Shown piece by piece: positions 30,992-40,741 of a DNA stretch of 64,000 bases. Numbering within the stretch: position 1 is the stretch's first letter; every line of letters starts with the position of its first letter. A model generated the notes under the pieces. It was given only the letters and a program-made list of their open reading frames with translations. It was not told the DNA's origin and did no database searches. Origin of the DNA: an uncultured Pseudomonadota bacterium (GTDB taxonomy: Bacteria; Pseudomonadota; Alphaproteobacteria; JACZXZ01). Both the position numbers and the translations under genes were made by a program. Location: contig CAVVLJ010000021.1 in assembly GCA_963749075.1 (NCBI GenBank), forward strand, positions 160,001 to 224,000. The letters are read 5' to 3'.

Positions 30992-32276
30992 CCTTGCCGT
31001 CGTCTTCGCCGTGCTCTTCGGCGCGGTTGCGTTGGGCCTGCCGGTGCCCGCCTGCATCGGCGTCGCCACGGTGGTCGGCACCTGGCTGACCGGCCTCCCC
31101 CTGATCGGCATCGCCCAGAACGCCTTCGACGGGCTCCAGAGCACAGCGCTCATCACCATCCCGCTCTTCATCCTGGCCGGGGCGCTCATGGAGCGGGGCG
31201 GCATCACGAGCCATATCGTCGCCGTCGCCAAGACGCTGGTGGGCAACTACTACGGCAGCCTGGCGATCGTCGCGATCGTCGGCTGCACCTTCTTCGCGGC
31301 GATTTCCGGATCGGGCCCCGCGACAACCGCCGCGATCGGCGCCGTGACGATCCCGACCATGCTGCGGGAGAACTACCGGCCGGCGTTCGCGGGCGCCGTC
31401 AGCGCATCGGGCGGCGCGCTCGGCAGCCTCATCCCGCCGAGCACGCTCATGATCATCTACGGCATCATCACCAATACCTCGATTCCGAGGCTCTTCCTTG
31501 CGGGGATCGTCCCCGGCCTGATCACGAGCCTGATGCTGGGCTGGACGGCCTGGCTCATCGCCAAGCGCCACGGCTATCGCAGCTCCGAGGAGGCCCTCTC
31601 GCTCGCGCGCTTCCTCGGCGCGCTCCGTCAAGGCAAGTGGGCGGTCGCCGCCCCCGCGGTGATTCTCGGCGGCATATATCTCGGCGTCTTCACCGTGACC
31701 GAGGCCGCCGCCGTCTCGGTCGTCTATGCGCTCGTGGTCGGCGCCTTCGTCTACCGCAGCCTGAGCCGGCGCGGCGTCGCGGAATCCTTGCGCTTCACCG
31801 CCGCGGTGTCGGGGCCGATCCTGGTTCTCTTGGGCCTCGCGCGCGCCTTCGGCGAGGTGATGACCTTGATGGACGCGCCGGACCTCGTCGGCAAGCTCTT
31901 CCTCGGCGCCACGGGCAGCGGCTTCCTCGCCCTGATGGTCGTCGCGGCCGTGCTGATCTTCACGGGCACCTTCATGGAGTCCGCGGCGCAAATCCTGCTC
32001 TTCGTCCCGCTGTTCTTCCCTTTCGTCGTCTCGCTGCACGTCGACCCGATCATCCTCGGACTGATCGTGGTGGCGGCCTGCGAGATCGGATTTCTCACCC
32101 CGCCCGTCGGCGTGAACCTCTTCGTCGGCGCGCGCCTCGCGAATGTCACGCTCGCCGAAATCTCCTATGCCGCGCTCCCCTTTCTCGTTCCCTACATGGT
32201 CATCATCATCTTGCTGGCGCTCGCTCCCCAGATCGCCCTGGTGCTGCCCAATCTCGCATTCGGGTACGCGAGGTGA
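30984..32276 (+). CDS. TRAP large permease DctM
   Basis: IPLFILAGALM, AISGSGPAT, LIPPS, LTPPVGVNLF. Confidence 0.92.
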   Translation: MTDLAVVFAVLFGAVALGLPVPACIGVATVVGTWLTGLPLIGIAQNAFDGLQSTALITIPLFILAGALMERGGITSHIVAVAKTLVGNYYGSLAIVAIVGCTFFAAISGSGPATTAAIGAVTIPTMLRENYRPAFAGAVSASGGALGSLIPPSTLMIIYGIITNTSIPRLFLAGIVPGLITSLMLGWTAWLIAKRHGYRSSEEALSLARFLGALRQGKWAVAAPAVILGGIYLGVFTVTEAAAVSVVYALVVGAFVYRSLSRRGVAESLRFTAAVSGPILVLLGLARAFGEVMTLMDAPDLVGKLFLGATGSGFLALMVVAAVLIFTGTFMESAAQILLFVPLFFPFVVSLHVDPIILGLIVVAACEIGFLTPPVGVNLFVGARLANVTLAEISYAALPFLVPYMVIIILLALAPQIALVLPNLAFGYAR

Positions 32277-32315
32277 AGGCGCGGCGGCGGCGGCGCACGG
32301 ATGGCAGGGCGGCCC

Positions 32316-33605
32316 TCAGCGGTCCTTGCGCGGGGCCGTCCGCGCCGTTGGCGGCGCCTTCACCGTCAGCAGGAGCACGAGCCCCACGGCCAAGAAGGCG
32401 ACGACGCTCGCCATGCCGGCGCGCTGGCTCGCGAAGCGGGCGCTCATGAGGCCGTAGAGCGCTGGACCCACGAAGGCGGTCGCCTTGCCGGTGAGCGCAT
32501 AGAGCCCGAACATCTCGCTCTCCTTGCCGGTGGGTGCCAGGCGCGCCATGAGGGTGCGGCTCGCCGCCTGGGCGGGCCCCACGAAGACGCCGAGCGCGAG
32601 ACCCAGCACCCAGAACCATGGCTTGCTATGGACCGCGAGCACGGCGCTGCCGAGTGCCACGAGTGCCAGGAGCGAGACGACGACCGTCGGCTTGGAGCCG
32701 ATGCGATCGTCGACCCAGGCGAAGAGGAGTGCGCCCGCCCCCGCCGTCGCGTTGATGAGGATGGCGAAGACGATCACCTCCTCGAGGCTGAGGCCGATGG
32801 TGCCCGCGGCATAAATGCCGCCGAAGATGAAGAGAGTGTTGAGCCCGTCGGCATAGATCATGCGGGCAAACAGGAAGCGCAGCACGTGGCCCTCGCGCGG
32901 CAGCCGGCGCAAGCTCGCGGCAAGTTCGGCGAGGCCCTCGCGCACCGCGGTAGCGAGAGCCGTGGCCGTGCGCGGACGGTCCGGCACGAGAAGGAAGAGC
33001 GGCGCCGCGAAGAGGGCGAACCACAGTGCCACGAGGGGTGCGGTGGCGCGCACGGGGCCTGCCGGCACGGCGGCAAGGCCGAAGGGCGGCATCGGCGCCC
33101 TGATGAGGCCGAAGAGGGCGAGGCTCAGGCAGGCGAGCCCGCCCACGTAGCCGAGGCCCCAGCCCCAGCCCGAGAGCCGGCCCAGGCGCTCGGGCGGCGC
33201 CAGGTCGCGCAGCATCGCGTTGTAGAAGACGAGGCCGAACTCGTAGGCGACGCTCGAGAGCGCCACCAGCACGAGGGTACGCGTGGCGGCAGCCGGCTCC
33301 GGCGCCGAGAACCAGAGGAGCGCCGTCGCGGCCGTCGCGACGAGGACGAAGATGGCGAGCCATGGCTTGCGCCGTCCCGCGCGGTCGGCGACGGCGCCGA
33401 GCACGGGCGCCAGGATGGCCACCACGACGCCGGCCGAGGAGAGTGCCGCACCCCAGCGCTCCGCCCCCGCGTCGGGCGATCTGAGGATCGCCGTCGAGAA
33501 ATAGGTGCCCCACACGAAGGTCGCGACCACGACGGGCCAGGCCGCGGCGCCGAAGTCGTAGACGCACCAGGCAGCGGCGGCGGCGGTGCCTCCGCGCAAT
33601 GGCAC
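32316..33605 (-). CDS. MFS transporter, UMF1/Atg22 family
   Basis: AWCVYDF, APVLGAVADRAGRRK, FYNAML..GRLSGWGWGLGYVGG, QAASRTLMARL; GTG start inferred. Confidence 0.87.
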   Translation of the reverse strand: MPLRGGTAAAAAWCVYDFGAAAWPVVVATFVWGTYFSTAILRSPDAGAERWGAALSSAGVVVAILAPVLGAVADRAGRRKPWLAIFVLVATAATALLWFSAPEPAAATRTLVLVALSSVAYEFGLVFYNAMLRDLAPPERLGRLSGWGWGLGYVGGLACLSLALFGLIRAPMPPFGLAAVPAGPVRATAPLVALWFALFAAPLFLLVPDRPRTATALATAVREGLAELAASLRRLPREGHVLRFLFARMIYADGLNTLFIFGGIYAAGTIGLSLEEVIVFAILINATAGAGALLFAWVDDRIGSKPTVVVSLLALVALGSAVLAVHSKPWFWVLGLALGVFVGPAQAASRTLMARLAPTGKESEMFGLYALTGKATAFVGPALYGLMSARFASQRAGMASVVAFLAVGLVLLLTVKAPPTARTAPRKDR

Positions 33606-33607
33606 CG

Positions 33608-36600
33608 CTAGCCCGCCATCATCTGGCGGAGCTGGCGGTTGGCCACGGCGAGCATGGCGAGGTCGGGCTGGCCGGCGCTCTTGATGTCGGCGATGACGCT
33701 CTCCGCGCGCTCGACGACCGGACGGTGCGCCTCGACCCAGGCGGCGACGGCGTCGGCGGCGGGGGCGGCGTCCTTGCCGTTGGCGCCGTTGAGCACGTTG
33801 GTCACGAGATCGCTCTGGTGCGCGTAGAGGTCGTCGATGATGGCGGCGACCGCGAGCTTCTGCCAATGGCCGTCGACCGCGAGGCTGTCGGCAGCCGCGC
33901 GCAGCCAGTCGAAGCCGAAGCGCACGCCGAGCGCGAAATAGACGCGCCCGACCTCCTCGACCGCCTTGCCGCCGCCCGTCTTGCCGTCGCCCGTCTTGCC
34001 CTCGCCCGTCTTGCCCTCGCCCTGGGCCACGCGCACGATGTCGCAGCCGGAGACGAGGAAATCGAGGCCGGCGACCGGCCGTGCCAGCTCGAGGGGCACG
34101 CCCTTGGCGCTGTAGCTCGCCACCTTGCCGTCGAAGACGACGCGGTCCTCGGGCGCCAGTATCTCGTCGATACGCGCCCAGAGGCGCGCGATGCCCGGGG
34201 CATAGCCGGCGATGAAACCGTCCACGTCGAGCGGATGGCGCCCGTGGCTCAAGAACCAGCGCGTCACGCGCTCGAGGGTGCGGCGCAGCTCGACCATCAT
34301 GGTGGTCTGGAGGGCCGCGGCCACCTTGTTGTCGAGCGCCTCGATGCCCTGCCACAGCGTGGCCAGTCCGAAGGCCTGGCGCGTGATCGTGTAGGCGCGC
34401 GCGATGTCGGCGGCCGCCATGCCGGTCTTCTCGGCGAGCGTCGAGACGAAGGTGGCGCCGCCGCGGTCGACGATGTCGTTGGTGACCGTGGTGGCGATGA
34501 TCTCGCGCCTCAGGCTGTGGCGCAGAATCGCGGCGCGGTGGCCCTCGCGCAGCGGCCGCGGGAAATAGCGCACCAGCTCCTCGACGAGGGTAGGATCGTC
34601 GGGCAGGTCGCTCGGCAGCAGCCGGTCGTAGAGGTCGAGCTTGGCATAGGCCATGAGCGTGGCGAGCTCGGGCCGCACCAGGCTCTTGCCCGCGGCGGCG
34701 CGGGCGGCGAGCGCCTTGTCGTCGGGGAGGAACTCGATGGCACGGTTGAGCCGGCCGGCGTGCTCGAGCCGGCGCATCAGGAGGACCTGGTCGTCGAGGA
34801 GTGCTGCCCCCTCGCTCTCGGCGACCGAGAGGGTCTGCGGCTGCTGGTAATTGTCCTCGAGCACGTGGGCGGCGACCTCGTCCTCGACGCTGTGGAGGAG
34901 CAAGTCGCGCTGCTTCATGGTCATGTCGCCGCGCGACACCACGTCGCCCAGCAGGATCTTGAGGTTGACCTCGTGGTCGGAGGTGGAGACGCCCGCCGAG
35001 TTGTCGATGGCGTCGGTGTTGATGCGCCCGCCGGCAAGGGCGTAGGCGACGCGGCCGCGCTGGGTGACGCCCAGGTTGGCGCCCTCGCCGATCACCTTGG
35101 CGCTGAGCTCCTCGGCATCGACGCGCAAGGCGTCGTTGGTTTTGTCGCCCACCTCCGCGTGGCTCTCCTCGGCCGCCTTGACGTAGGTGCCGATGCCGCC
35201 GAACCACAGGAGGTCGACCGGCGCCTTGAGCATGGCCTGGACGAGCTCCGCCGGCGTCAGCGCGTCGCGCTCGAGGGCGAAGACGCTCCTCATCTCGGGC
35301 GTGAGCCGGATCGACTTCGCCTTGCGCTCGAAGACGCCGCCGCCCTTGGAAATGAGCTTGGCGTCGTAATCGCCCCAGCTCGAGCGCGGCAGCTCGAAGA
35401 GGCGGCGGCGCTCGGCCAGGCTCGCCTTGGGCTCGGGATCGGGGTCGACGAAGATGTGGAGGTGGTTGAAGGCGCCGAGCAGCCTGATGTGCTCGGAGAG
35501 CAGCATGCCGTTGCCGAACACGTCGCCCGACATGTCGCCGATGCCGACGACCGTGAAGTCCTCGCTCTGCACGTCGCGACCCGCCTCGCGGAAATGCCGC
35601 TTGACCAACTCCCAGGCGCCCTTGGCGGTGATGCCCATCTTCTTATGGTCGTAGCCGGCCGAGCCGCCGGAGGCGAAGGCGTCGTCGAGCCAGAAGCCGT
35701 ACTCGTCGCGGCTTACCGCGTTGGCGATGTCGGAGAAGGTGGCGGTGCCCTTGTCGGCGGCGACCACGAGATAGGCGTCGTCCTCGTCGCGCCGCACCAC
35801 GTCGGCGGGCGGGATGATCTTGCCCTGCTTGATGTTGTCGGTGAGGTCGAGCATGCCGCGCATGAGGGTGCGGTAGCATTCGATGGCCTCGGCCAGGATG
35901 GCCTCGCGGCGGCCGTCGGCGGGCGGGCGCTTCAAGACGAAGCCGCCCTTGGAGCCGACCGGCACGATGACGGTGTTCTTCACGGTCTGGGTCTTCATGA
36001 GGCCGAGGATCTCGGTGCGGAAGTCCTCGCGCCGGTCCGACCAGCGGATGCCGCCGCGCGCCACGCGGCCGGCGCGCAGGTGGATGCCCTCCATGCGCGG
36101 CGCATAGACCCAGATCTCGAAGAGCGGGTGCGGCTCGGGCAGCTCGTCCACCTTGCGGCTGTCGAACTTGAAGGAGAGGTAGGGCTTGGGCGCACCGTCC
36201 TTGCCGGTCTGGAAGTAGTTGGTGCGCACCATCGCGTCCACGAGATTGACGAAGCGGCGCAGGATGCGGTCCTCGTCCAGGCTCTCGACCTTGTCGAGCT
36301 CCTGCTCGATCTCCTTGGCGAGGGCCGCGCATTGCACCTCGGCATCGGTCTGGCGCCTGGGATCGAAGCGCGCGAGGAAGAGCTCGACGACGCGGCGCGC
36401 CAGCGTCGGGTTCTCGGTGAGCGTCTCCTCCATATAGGCCTGGCTGAAGGCGATCCCGGTCTGGCGCAGGTACTTGCAGAGCGCGCGCAGCACCACCACC
36501 TGGCGCCAGGCGAGCCCGCCCGCCAGCACCAGGCGGTTGAAGCCGTCGCCCTCCATGGCACCCGACCAGATGCGCGCGAAGGCGTCCTGGAAGCTCTCGC

Positions 36601-38500
36601 GCAAGGCGTCGAGGTCGATCGCCGCGCCGTCGGAGCGCACCATGCCGAAATCGTGGAGGTAGACCGCGTCGGCCTCCTGGGGCTCGACGAGGAAGGGCAC
36701 CTCCTGGAGCACGCGCAGGCCCATGTCCTCGAGCATGGGCAGGATGTCGGAGAGCGCCACGGCACCCCGCGCGTTGTAGATCTTGAAGCGCACCTCGTTG
36801 TCGTGCGCCTCGAGCGCACGGTAGAGGTGCATGCCGACGCTTCCTTGGGCGAGCACGGCCTCGATCTTGTCGATGTCGAGGAGGGCGGTATGCGCCGGGA
36901 AGCGCTCGCGGTAGTCGGTCGGGAAGGCGCTGCCGTAGCGGCGCATGAGCTTGAGGCCGCGCTCCTCGCCCTTGCTCTCGACGAGGGCCGCCTTGAGCCT
37001 GTCGCTCCACGAGCGCGCCGCCTCGACGAGTTTCGCCTCGATCTCCGCGACGCGCACGTTGGGCACCTCGCCCGGCGTGGTCGCGACGATGAAGTGCACG
37101 CGCGCGAGCGCCGTTTCGGTGCCGAGCTCGGGCTCGAACTCGCTGATGGTGCCGTTGAGCGCCTCCTCGAGGATGGCGCCGAAGCGCCGGCGCAGCTCCG
37201 TGCTGTAGCGCTCGCGCGCCACGTAGGCGAGGCAGGAGACGAAGCGCTCGAAGGGATCCTTGCGCATGAAGAGGGCGATGCGCTGGCGCTCCTGCAGATG
37301 GAGGATGCCCATGGCGATCTCGAAGAGCTCGTCCTCCTCGATCTGGAAGAGATCGTCGCGCGGATAGGTCTCGAGGATGTGGAGGAGCGCCTTGCCGTCG
37401 TGGCTGTTCGAGGCGAAGCCCGAGCGCTCGACCACGTGGGCCACCTTGTGGCGCAGGAGCGGGATGTCGCGCGGGATGCGGTTGTAGGCGGCCGAGGTGA
37501 AGAGCCCGACGAAGACCCGCTCGCCCGAGACTTCGCCGCCGTCGGTGAACTTCTTGACGGTCACCACGTCGAGATGGGTCGGGCGGTGCACCGTCGAGCG
37601 GCGGTCGGACTTGTTGACGGTCAAGAGCTTGGGCTGGCGGATGAAGGCCTGCACGTCGGGCGGCAGTGCCGACATGTCGCGCCGGCCGCTGAAGATGAGC
37701 TGGGCGTTGTCGCGCAGGATGCCGAGCCCGGTCGCCGGCGTCACCTCCATGCGCGCCCCCTCGCCCTCGCCCGCGAAGTCGTATTCCCGGTAGCCGAGGA
37801 AGGTGAAGTGATCGCCGGCGATCCAGGCGATGAAGGCCTTCGCCTCCGCAAGCTCGGCCGGCGGCAGCGGCAGGCTCACGGCAGCGAGGCGTGCGACGAG
37901 ATCGGCGACGCGCTTCTGCATCGCCGGCCAGTCCTCGACCGCGGCGCGCACGTCGCCGAGCACGCGCGCGAGGTCGGCGCAAATCTCGTGGAGTGCCTCA
38001 GGTGCCGTCTCCTCGTCGATCTCGAGATGCATGCAGGATTCGCCCGCCGCACCCTCCGCCGCCTCGCCGGGTGCCGCGAGCTCGAGGAGGGCGCCGTTCG
38101 CGTCGCGCTTCACGGAGAGGATGGGATGGATCACGAGATGCACCGCGCGCTCGCGGCGATTGAGCTCGGCGGTCACCGAATCGACGAGGAACGGCATGTC
38201 GTCGTTGACGATCTCGACGACGGTGTGGTGCGATTTCCAGCCGTGGTCCTCGAAGCGCGGATTGTAGGCACGGATCTTGGGCCGCCCGGGCTCGCGCACG
38301 CGCGCGAAGCCGTAGAAGGCCATGGCGGCGCCGTAGAGCTGGTCGACCTCGGCCTCCAGCACGTCGTCGGGCACGTTGGCGTAGTATTGGCGGATGAAGC
38401 GCTCGGCCCATTCCGATTTGCCGCGCGGCAGGCGCTCGCGCGCCAGCGCCGCGACGCGCCCGATCTGCTCCTCCTTCGCTCCTTGCGCCCGCGCCGCCAT
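33608..38500 (-). CDS. gdhB: Large NAD-specific glutamate dehydrogenase (GdhB/GdhZ type)
   Basis: DDMPFLVDS, ARGGIRWSDRREDFRTE, YLVVAADKGTATFSD, GIGDMSGDVFGNG, EGANLG, DNSAGV.TSDHEVN. Confidence 0.95.
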   Translation of the reverse strand: MAARAQGAKEEQIGRVAALARERLPRGKSEWAERFIRQYYANVPDDVLEAEVDQLYGAAMAFYGFARVREPGRPKIRAYNPRFEDHGWKSHHTVVEIVNDDMPFLVDSVTAELNRRERAVHLVIHPILSVKRDANGALLELAAPGEAAEGAAGESCMHLEIDEETAPEALHEICADLARVLGDVRAAVEDWPAMQKRVADLVARLAAVSLPLPPAELAEAKAFIAWIAGDHFTFLGYREYDFAGEGEGARMEVTPATGLGILRDNAQLIFSGRRDMSALPPDVQAFIRQPKLLTVNKSDRRSTVHRPTHLDVVTVKKFTDGGEVSGERVFVGLFTSAAYNRIPRDIPLLRHKVAHVVERSGFASNSHDGKALLHILETYPRDDLFQIEEDELFEIAMGILHLQERQRIALFMRKDPFERFVSCLAYVARERYSTELRRRFGAILEEALNGTISEFEPELGTETALARVHFIVATTPGEVPNVRVAEIEAKLVEAARSWSDRLKAALVESKGEERGLKLMRRYGSAFPTDYRERFPAHTALLDIDKIEAVLAQGSVGMHLYRALEAHDNEVRFKIYNARGAVALSDILPMLEDMGLRVLQEVPFLVEPQEADAVYLHDFGMVRSDGAAIDLDALRESFQDAFARIWSGAMEGDGFNRLVLAGGLAWRQVVVLRALCKYLRQTGIAFSQAYMEETLTENPTLARRVVELFLARFDPRRQTDAEVQCAALAKEIEQELDKVESLDEDRILRRFVNLVDAMVRTNYFQTGKDGAPKPYLSFKFDSRKVDELPEPHPLFEIWVYAPRMEGIHLRAGRVARGGIRWSDRREDFRTEILGLMKTQTVKNTVIVPVGSKGGFVLKRPPADGRREAILAEAIECYRTLMRGMLDLTDNIKQGKIIPPADVVRRDEDDAYLVVAADKGTATFSDIANAVSRDEYGFWLDDAFASGGSAGYDHKKMGITAKGAWELVKRHFREAGRDVQSEDFTVVGIGDMSGDVFGNGMLLSEHIRLLGAFNHLHIFVDPDPEPKASLAERRRLFELPRSSWGDYDAKLISKGGGVFERKAKSIRLTPEMRSVFALERDALTPAELVQAMLKAPVDLLWFGGIGTYVKAAEESHAEVGDKTNDALRVDAEELSAKVIGEGANLGVTQRGRVAYALAGGRINTDAIDNSAGVSTSDHEVNLKILLGDVVSRGDMTMKQRDLLLHSVEDEVAAHVLEDNYQQPQTLSVAESEGAALLDDQVLLMRRLEHAGRLNRAIEFLPDDKALAARAAAGKSLVRPELATLMAYAKLDLYDRLLPSDLPDDPTLVEELVRYFPRPLREGHRAAILRHSLRREIIATTVTNDIVDRGGATFVSTLAEKTGMAAADIARAYTITRQAFGLATLWQGIEALDNKVAAALQTTMMVELRRTLERVTRWFLSHGRHPLDVDGFIAGYAPGIARLWARIDEILAPEDRVVFDGKVASYSAKGVPLELARPVAGLDFLVSGCDIVRVAQGEGKTGEGKTGDGKTGGGKAVEEVGRVYFALGVRFGFDWLRAAADSLAVDGHWQKLAVAAIIDDLYAHQSDLVTNVLNGANGKDAAPAADAVAAWVEAHRPVVERAESVIADIKSAGQPDLAMLAVANRQLRQMMAG
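33965..34024. repeat. Four 15-bp tandem repeats within gdh
   Basis: CTTGCCGCCGCCCGT/CTTGCCGTCGCCCGT/CTTGCCCTCGCCCGT/CTTGCCCTCGCCCTG, encoding GEGKT-GEGKT-GDGKT-GGGK. Confidence 0.9.
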
Positions 38501-38744
38501 CGCACATCCTCCCACGCCCGCACCAAGGCCTTTCCGGCCGCAGCCGGCGACACTAGCGGGGAATTGTTACGCGCAATCTACCACGGCGGGAGAGCGAATG
38601 TGAGGGCGCGCATGGCGGGCCAGGCGGCCGTTCGGCTGTCGGGCGCCGCCCATGGGCCTTGCGCACGGGCGAAGCTGAGGACGCGGGCCGCCGCGCCGGC
38701 GCCCGTCATCGAGGGCCGCCGCGGCGGACGCAGCAGTCGCCCGG

Positions 38745-39713
38745 TCAGTTGACCGGAGTGCCGTTCACCGGCGTCCCATCGGTCGTCGTGTTGCCGTTGA
38801 TGCTATTGTTCTTGTACGAATATATCGTGCCGCTACCGGCACCGACGCCGGTGGCGTTGAACGTGATCGTCGAGTTGCCGACGAGGATGGTGGAGCCCGT
38901 GCCGTTCGCGATGACGCCGGTGGTGGCGTTGGCGACGGAGGCGCTACGATCCATCATCAGGAGCGCACTCTGCCCGCCCGCCGGCCCGGTGATGGTGACG
39001 CCGGAGGCGGCGCTGCCCGAGACCACGCTGTCCCGCAAGAGAACCTGGATGCCCGTGCCGGTGCTGCCCGTGCCGTCGGCGGTGAGGCCGGTGGCGTTGC
39101 CGTTGACCTGAATGCGATTGAGCGCGACGCTCGCGGAGCCCGAGCCGGTCGGCTTGACGAGAATGCCGTTGCCGGTGGTGCCGCTGCCGTTGTTCGAGAT
39201 CACCGTGTCCGACACGAAGAGCTTGCTCGCGGCACTCGGCGCGAACTGGATGCCGCTCGCGGCGCCGGCCTGGAAATTCTTGATGACGCAGTTCTGGACG
39301 TGCAGCGCGCTGCCGGTGGTGAAGAGGATTCCGGACAGCCCGGTCCCGAGTCCGTCGATGATGAGGCCGCGCAGATTGATGACATCGTTGGCCCCGGCGC
39401 TGATGACGATGCCATTGGTGCCCGCCACCAGGACGCCCACCGTGCCCACCCCATCGTTGACGATGCTGATCGCTTTGGTGATCGTCAAGGCGCCGAAGCC
39501 GCCGGGATCGAGGGCGTCGATCTCGCCGCCGGCGGCGGTCTTCGAGATGGCGCCCGCGAAGGTCTTGCAGGGCGCCGTGCGGCTGCATGGATTGGCGTCG
39601 TCGCCGACGCCCGAGACCCACGTCCGCGTCGCCTGTGCCATGGCCGGCGCTGCAGGTGCCAGGGAAAGGAGCAACGCTCCCGCCGCCGCCGCCGCTCTGG
39701 CGATCTTGTCCAT
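38745..39713 (-). CDS. Secreted right-handed parallel beta-helix protein
   Basis: Signal peptide then QATRTWVSGVGDDANPCSRTAPCKTFAGA; G/N/S/T-rich beta-helix repeats. Confidence 0.82.
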   Translation of the reverse strand: MDKIARAAAAAGALLLSLAPAAPAMAQATRTWVSGVGDDANPCSRTAPCKTFAGAISKTAAGGEIDALDPGGFGALTITKAISIVNDGVGTVGVLVAGTNGIVISAGANDVINLRGLIIDGLGTGLSGILFTTGSALHVQNCVIKNFQAGAASGIQFAPSAASKLFVSDTVISNNGSGTTGNGILVKPTGSGSASVALNRIQVNGNATGLTADGTGSTGTGIQVLLRDSVVSGSAASGVTITGPAGGQSALLMMDRSASVANATTGVIANGTGSTILVGNSTITFNATGVGAGSGTIYSYKNNSINGNTTTDGTPVNGTPVN

Positions 39714-39914
39714 GGGCCCCTCCCTGGCGCGAAGTTTCGCGGGCGATGTTAGCCGGCTTCATCTTATGGTTGCAAGGGCAAAGGCCGAAACGCCCGTTAT
39801 AGCCGCGCGCGGCCGCGAAATTCACACTCGCCGCCGATTCGTGACGATGGGACTATGGCCAGCTGGCGTGCGGGCGATGGCGGGAAGATGTTAGAGTCAT
39901 AGGGCGGCGGCATT

Positions 39915-39989
39915 TGGAGCGGGAGAAGGGATTCGAACCCTCGACCCTCACGTTGGCAACGTGATGCTCTACCCCTGAGCTACTCCCGC
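39915..39989 (-). tRNA. tRNA-Gly (GCC)
   Basis: GCGGGAGTAGCTCAGGGGTAGAGCATCACGTTGCCAACGTGAGGGTCGAGGGTTCGAATCCCTTCTCCCGCTCCA: cloverleaf, TTCGAAT T-loop, CCA end. Confidence 0.97.
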
Positions 39990-40102
39990 GACCGGGCGCC
40001 GATCATAGGCATCGCCTCCCCATTTGCAAGCCTCGAATTGGCTTTGGTTTCGCACCCCTTCCGGCAGTTGCGCGCCGCCCTTCAGCCGCTATGCTAGCGG
40101 CC

Positions 40103-40687
40103 ATGCCTGCCACTCCCGACGAGCTTCTCGGGCTCCTGGCCGAGCTCGGGATCCGCAGCAAGACCCACGAGCATCCCCCCGTCTTCACCGTCGAGGAGAG
40201 CAAGCGCCTGCGCGGCCGGCTGCCCGGCGGCCACTGCAAGAGCCTCTTCCTCAAGGACAAGGGCGAGCGCCTGTGGCTCGTGGTAGCGCTCGAGGACCGG
40301 CCCGTCGATCTCAAGGCGCTGCGCCGCCGGCTCGACGCCAGGAAGACGCTCTCCTTCGGCAGTGCTGAGCTTCTCATGGCGGCCCTCGGCGTCACACCCG
40401 GCTCGGTGACGCCCTTCGGCGTCGTCAACGACCGCAGCGGGCGCGTCACGGTGGTGCTCGAGCGCCGCATGCTGGGGCAAGACCCGCTCAACTACCATCC
40501 CCTCGTCAATGACCGCACGACCGCGATCTCGCCCGCCGACCTCTTGAAGTTCCTCGCCGCCTCGGGCCATGAGCCGCTCGTGCTCGACCTCGCGGGGGGC
40601 GAGGCCGGGGCCGAGGCTGCGGCACCCGCGGCCGGGGTTGCTTCCGCGGCGGAAAGCAGCCATTTAACTGACCGCATGTCGGACTAA
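40103..40687 (+). CDS. Prolyl-tRNA editing protein (ProX/YbaK family)
   Basis: HPPVFTVEE, GGHCKSLFLKD, LGVTPGSVTPF, NYHPLVN. Confidence 0.9.
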   Translation: MPATPDELLGLLAELGIRSKTHEHPPVFTVEESKRLRGRLPGGHCKSLFLKDKGERLWLVVALEDRPVDLKALRRRLDARKTLSFGSAELLMAALGVTPGSVTPFGVVNDRSGRVTVVLERRMLGQDPLNYHPLVNDRTTAISPADLLKFLAASGHEPLVLDLAGGEAGAEAAAPAAGVASAAESSHLTDRMSD

Positions 40688-40741
40688 GAGGATCGCCGGC
40701 GCCAGCACGCCTCGGCGCCCGGCCAAGAGAGGAAAAAAGGT

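Noticed and set aside
33965-34024. CRISPR-like or P-loop function for the tandem repeat
   Set aside because: Units are contiguous with no spacers and lie in frame inside gdh; no cas genes or spaced arrays were seen anywhere in the window
33599-38752. 1717-aa + strand ORF and similar long antisense or alternate-frame ORFs (e.g. 58252-61290, 18420-20837, 9908-12559, 23030-24841 extension of purH)
   Set aside because: Shadow ORFs expected in ~70% GC DNA opposite or overlapping well-supported genes; no recognisable motifs
38745-39989. Island integrated at tRNA-Gly carrying the beta-helix gene
   Set aside because: No duplicated tRNA 3' end, no integrase, and GC similar to the host
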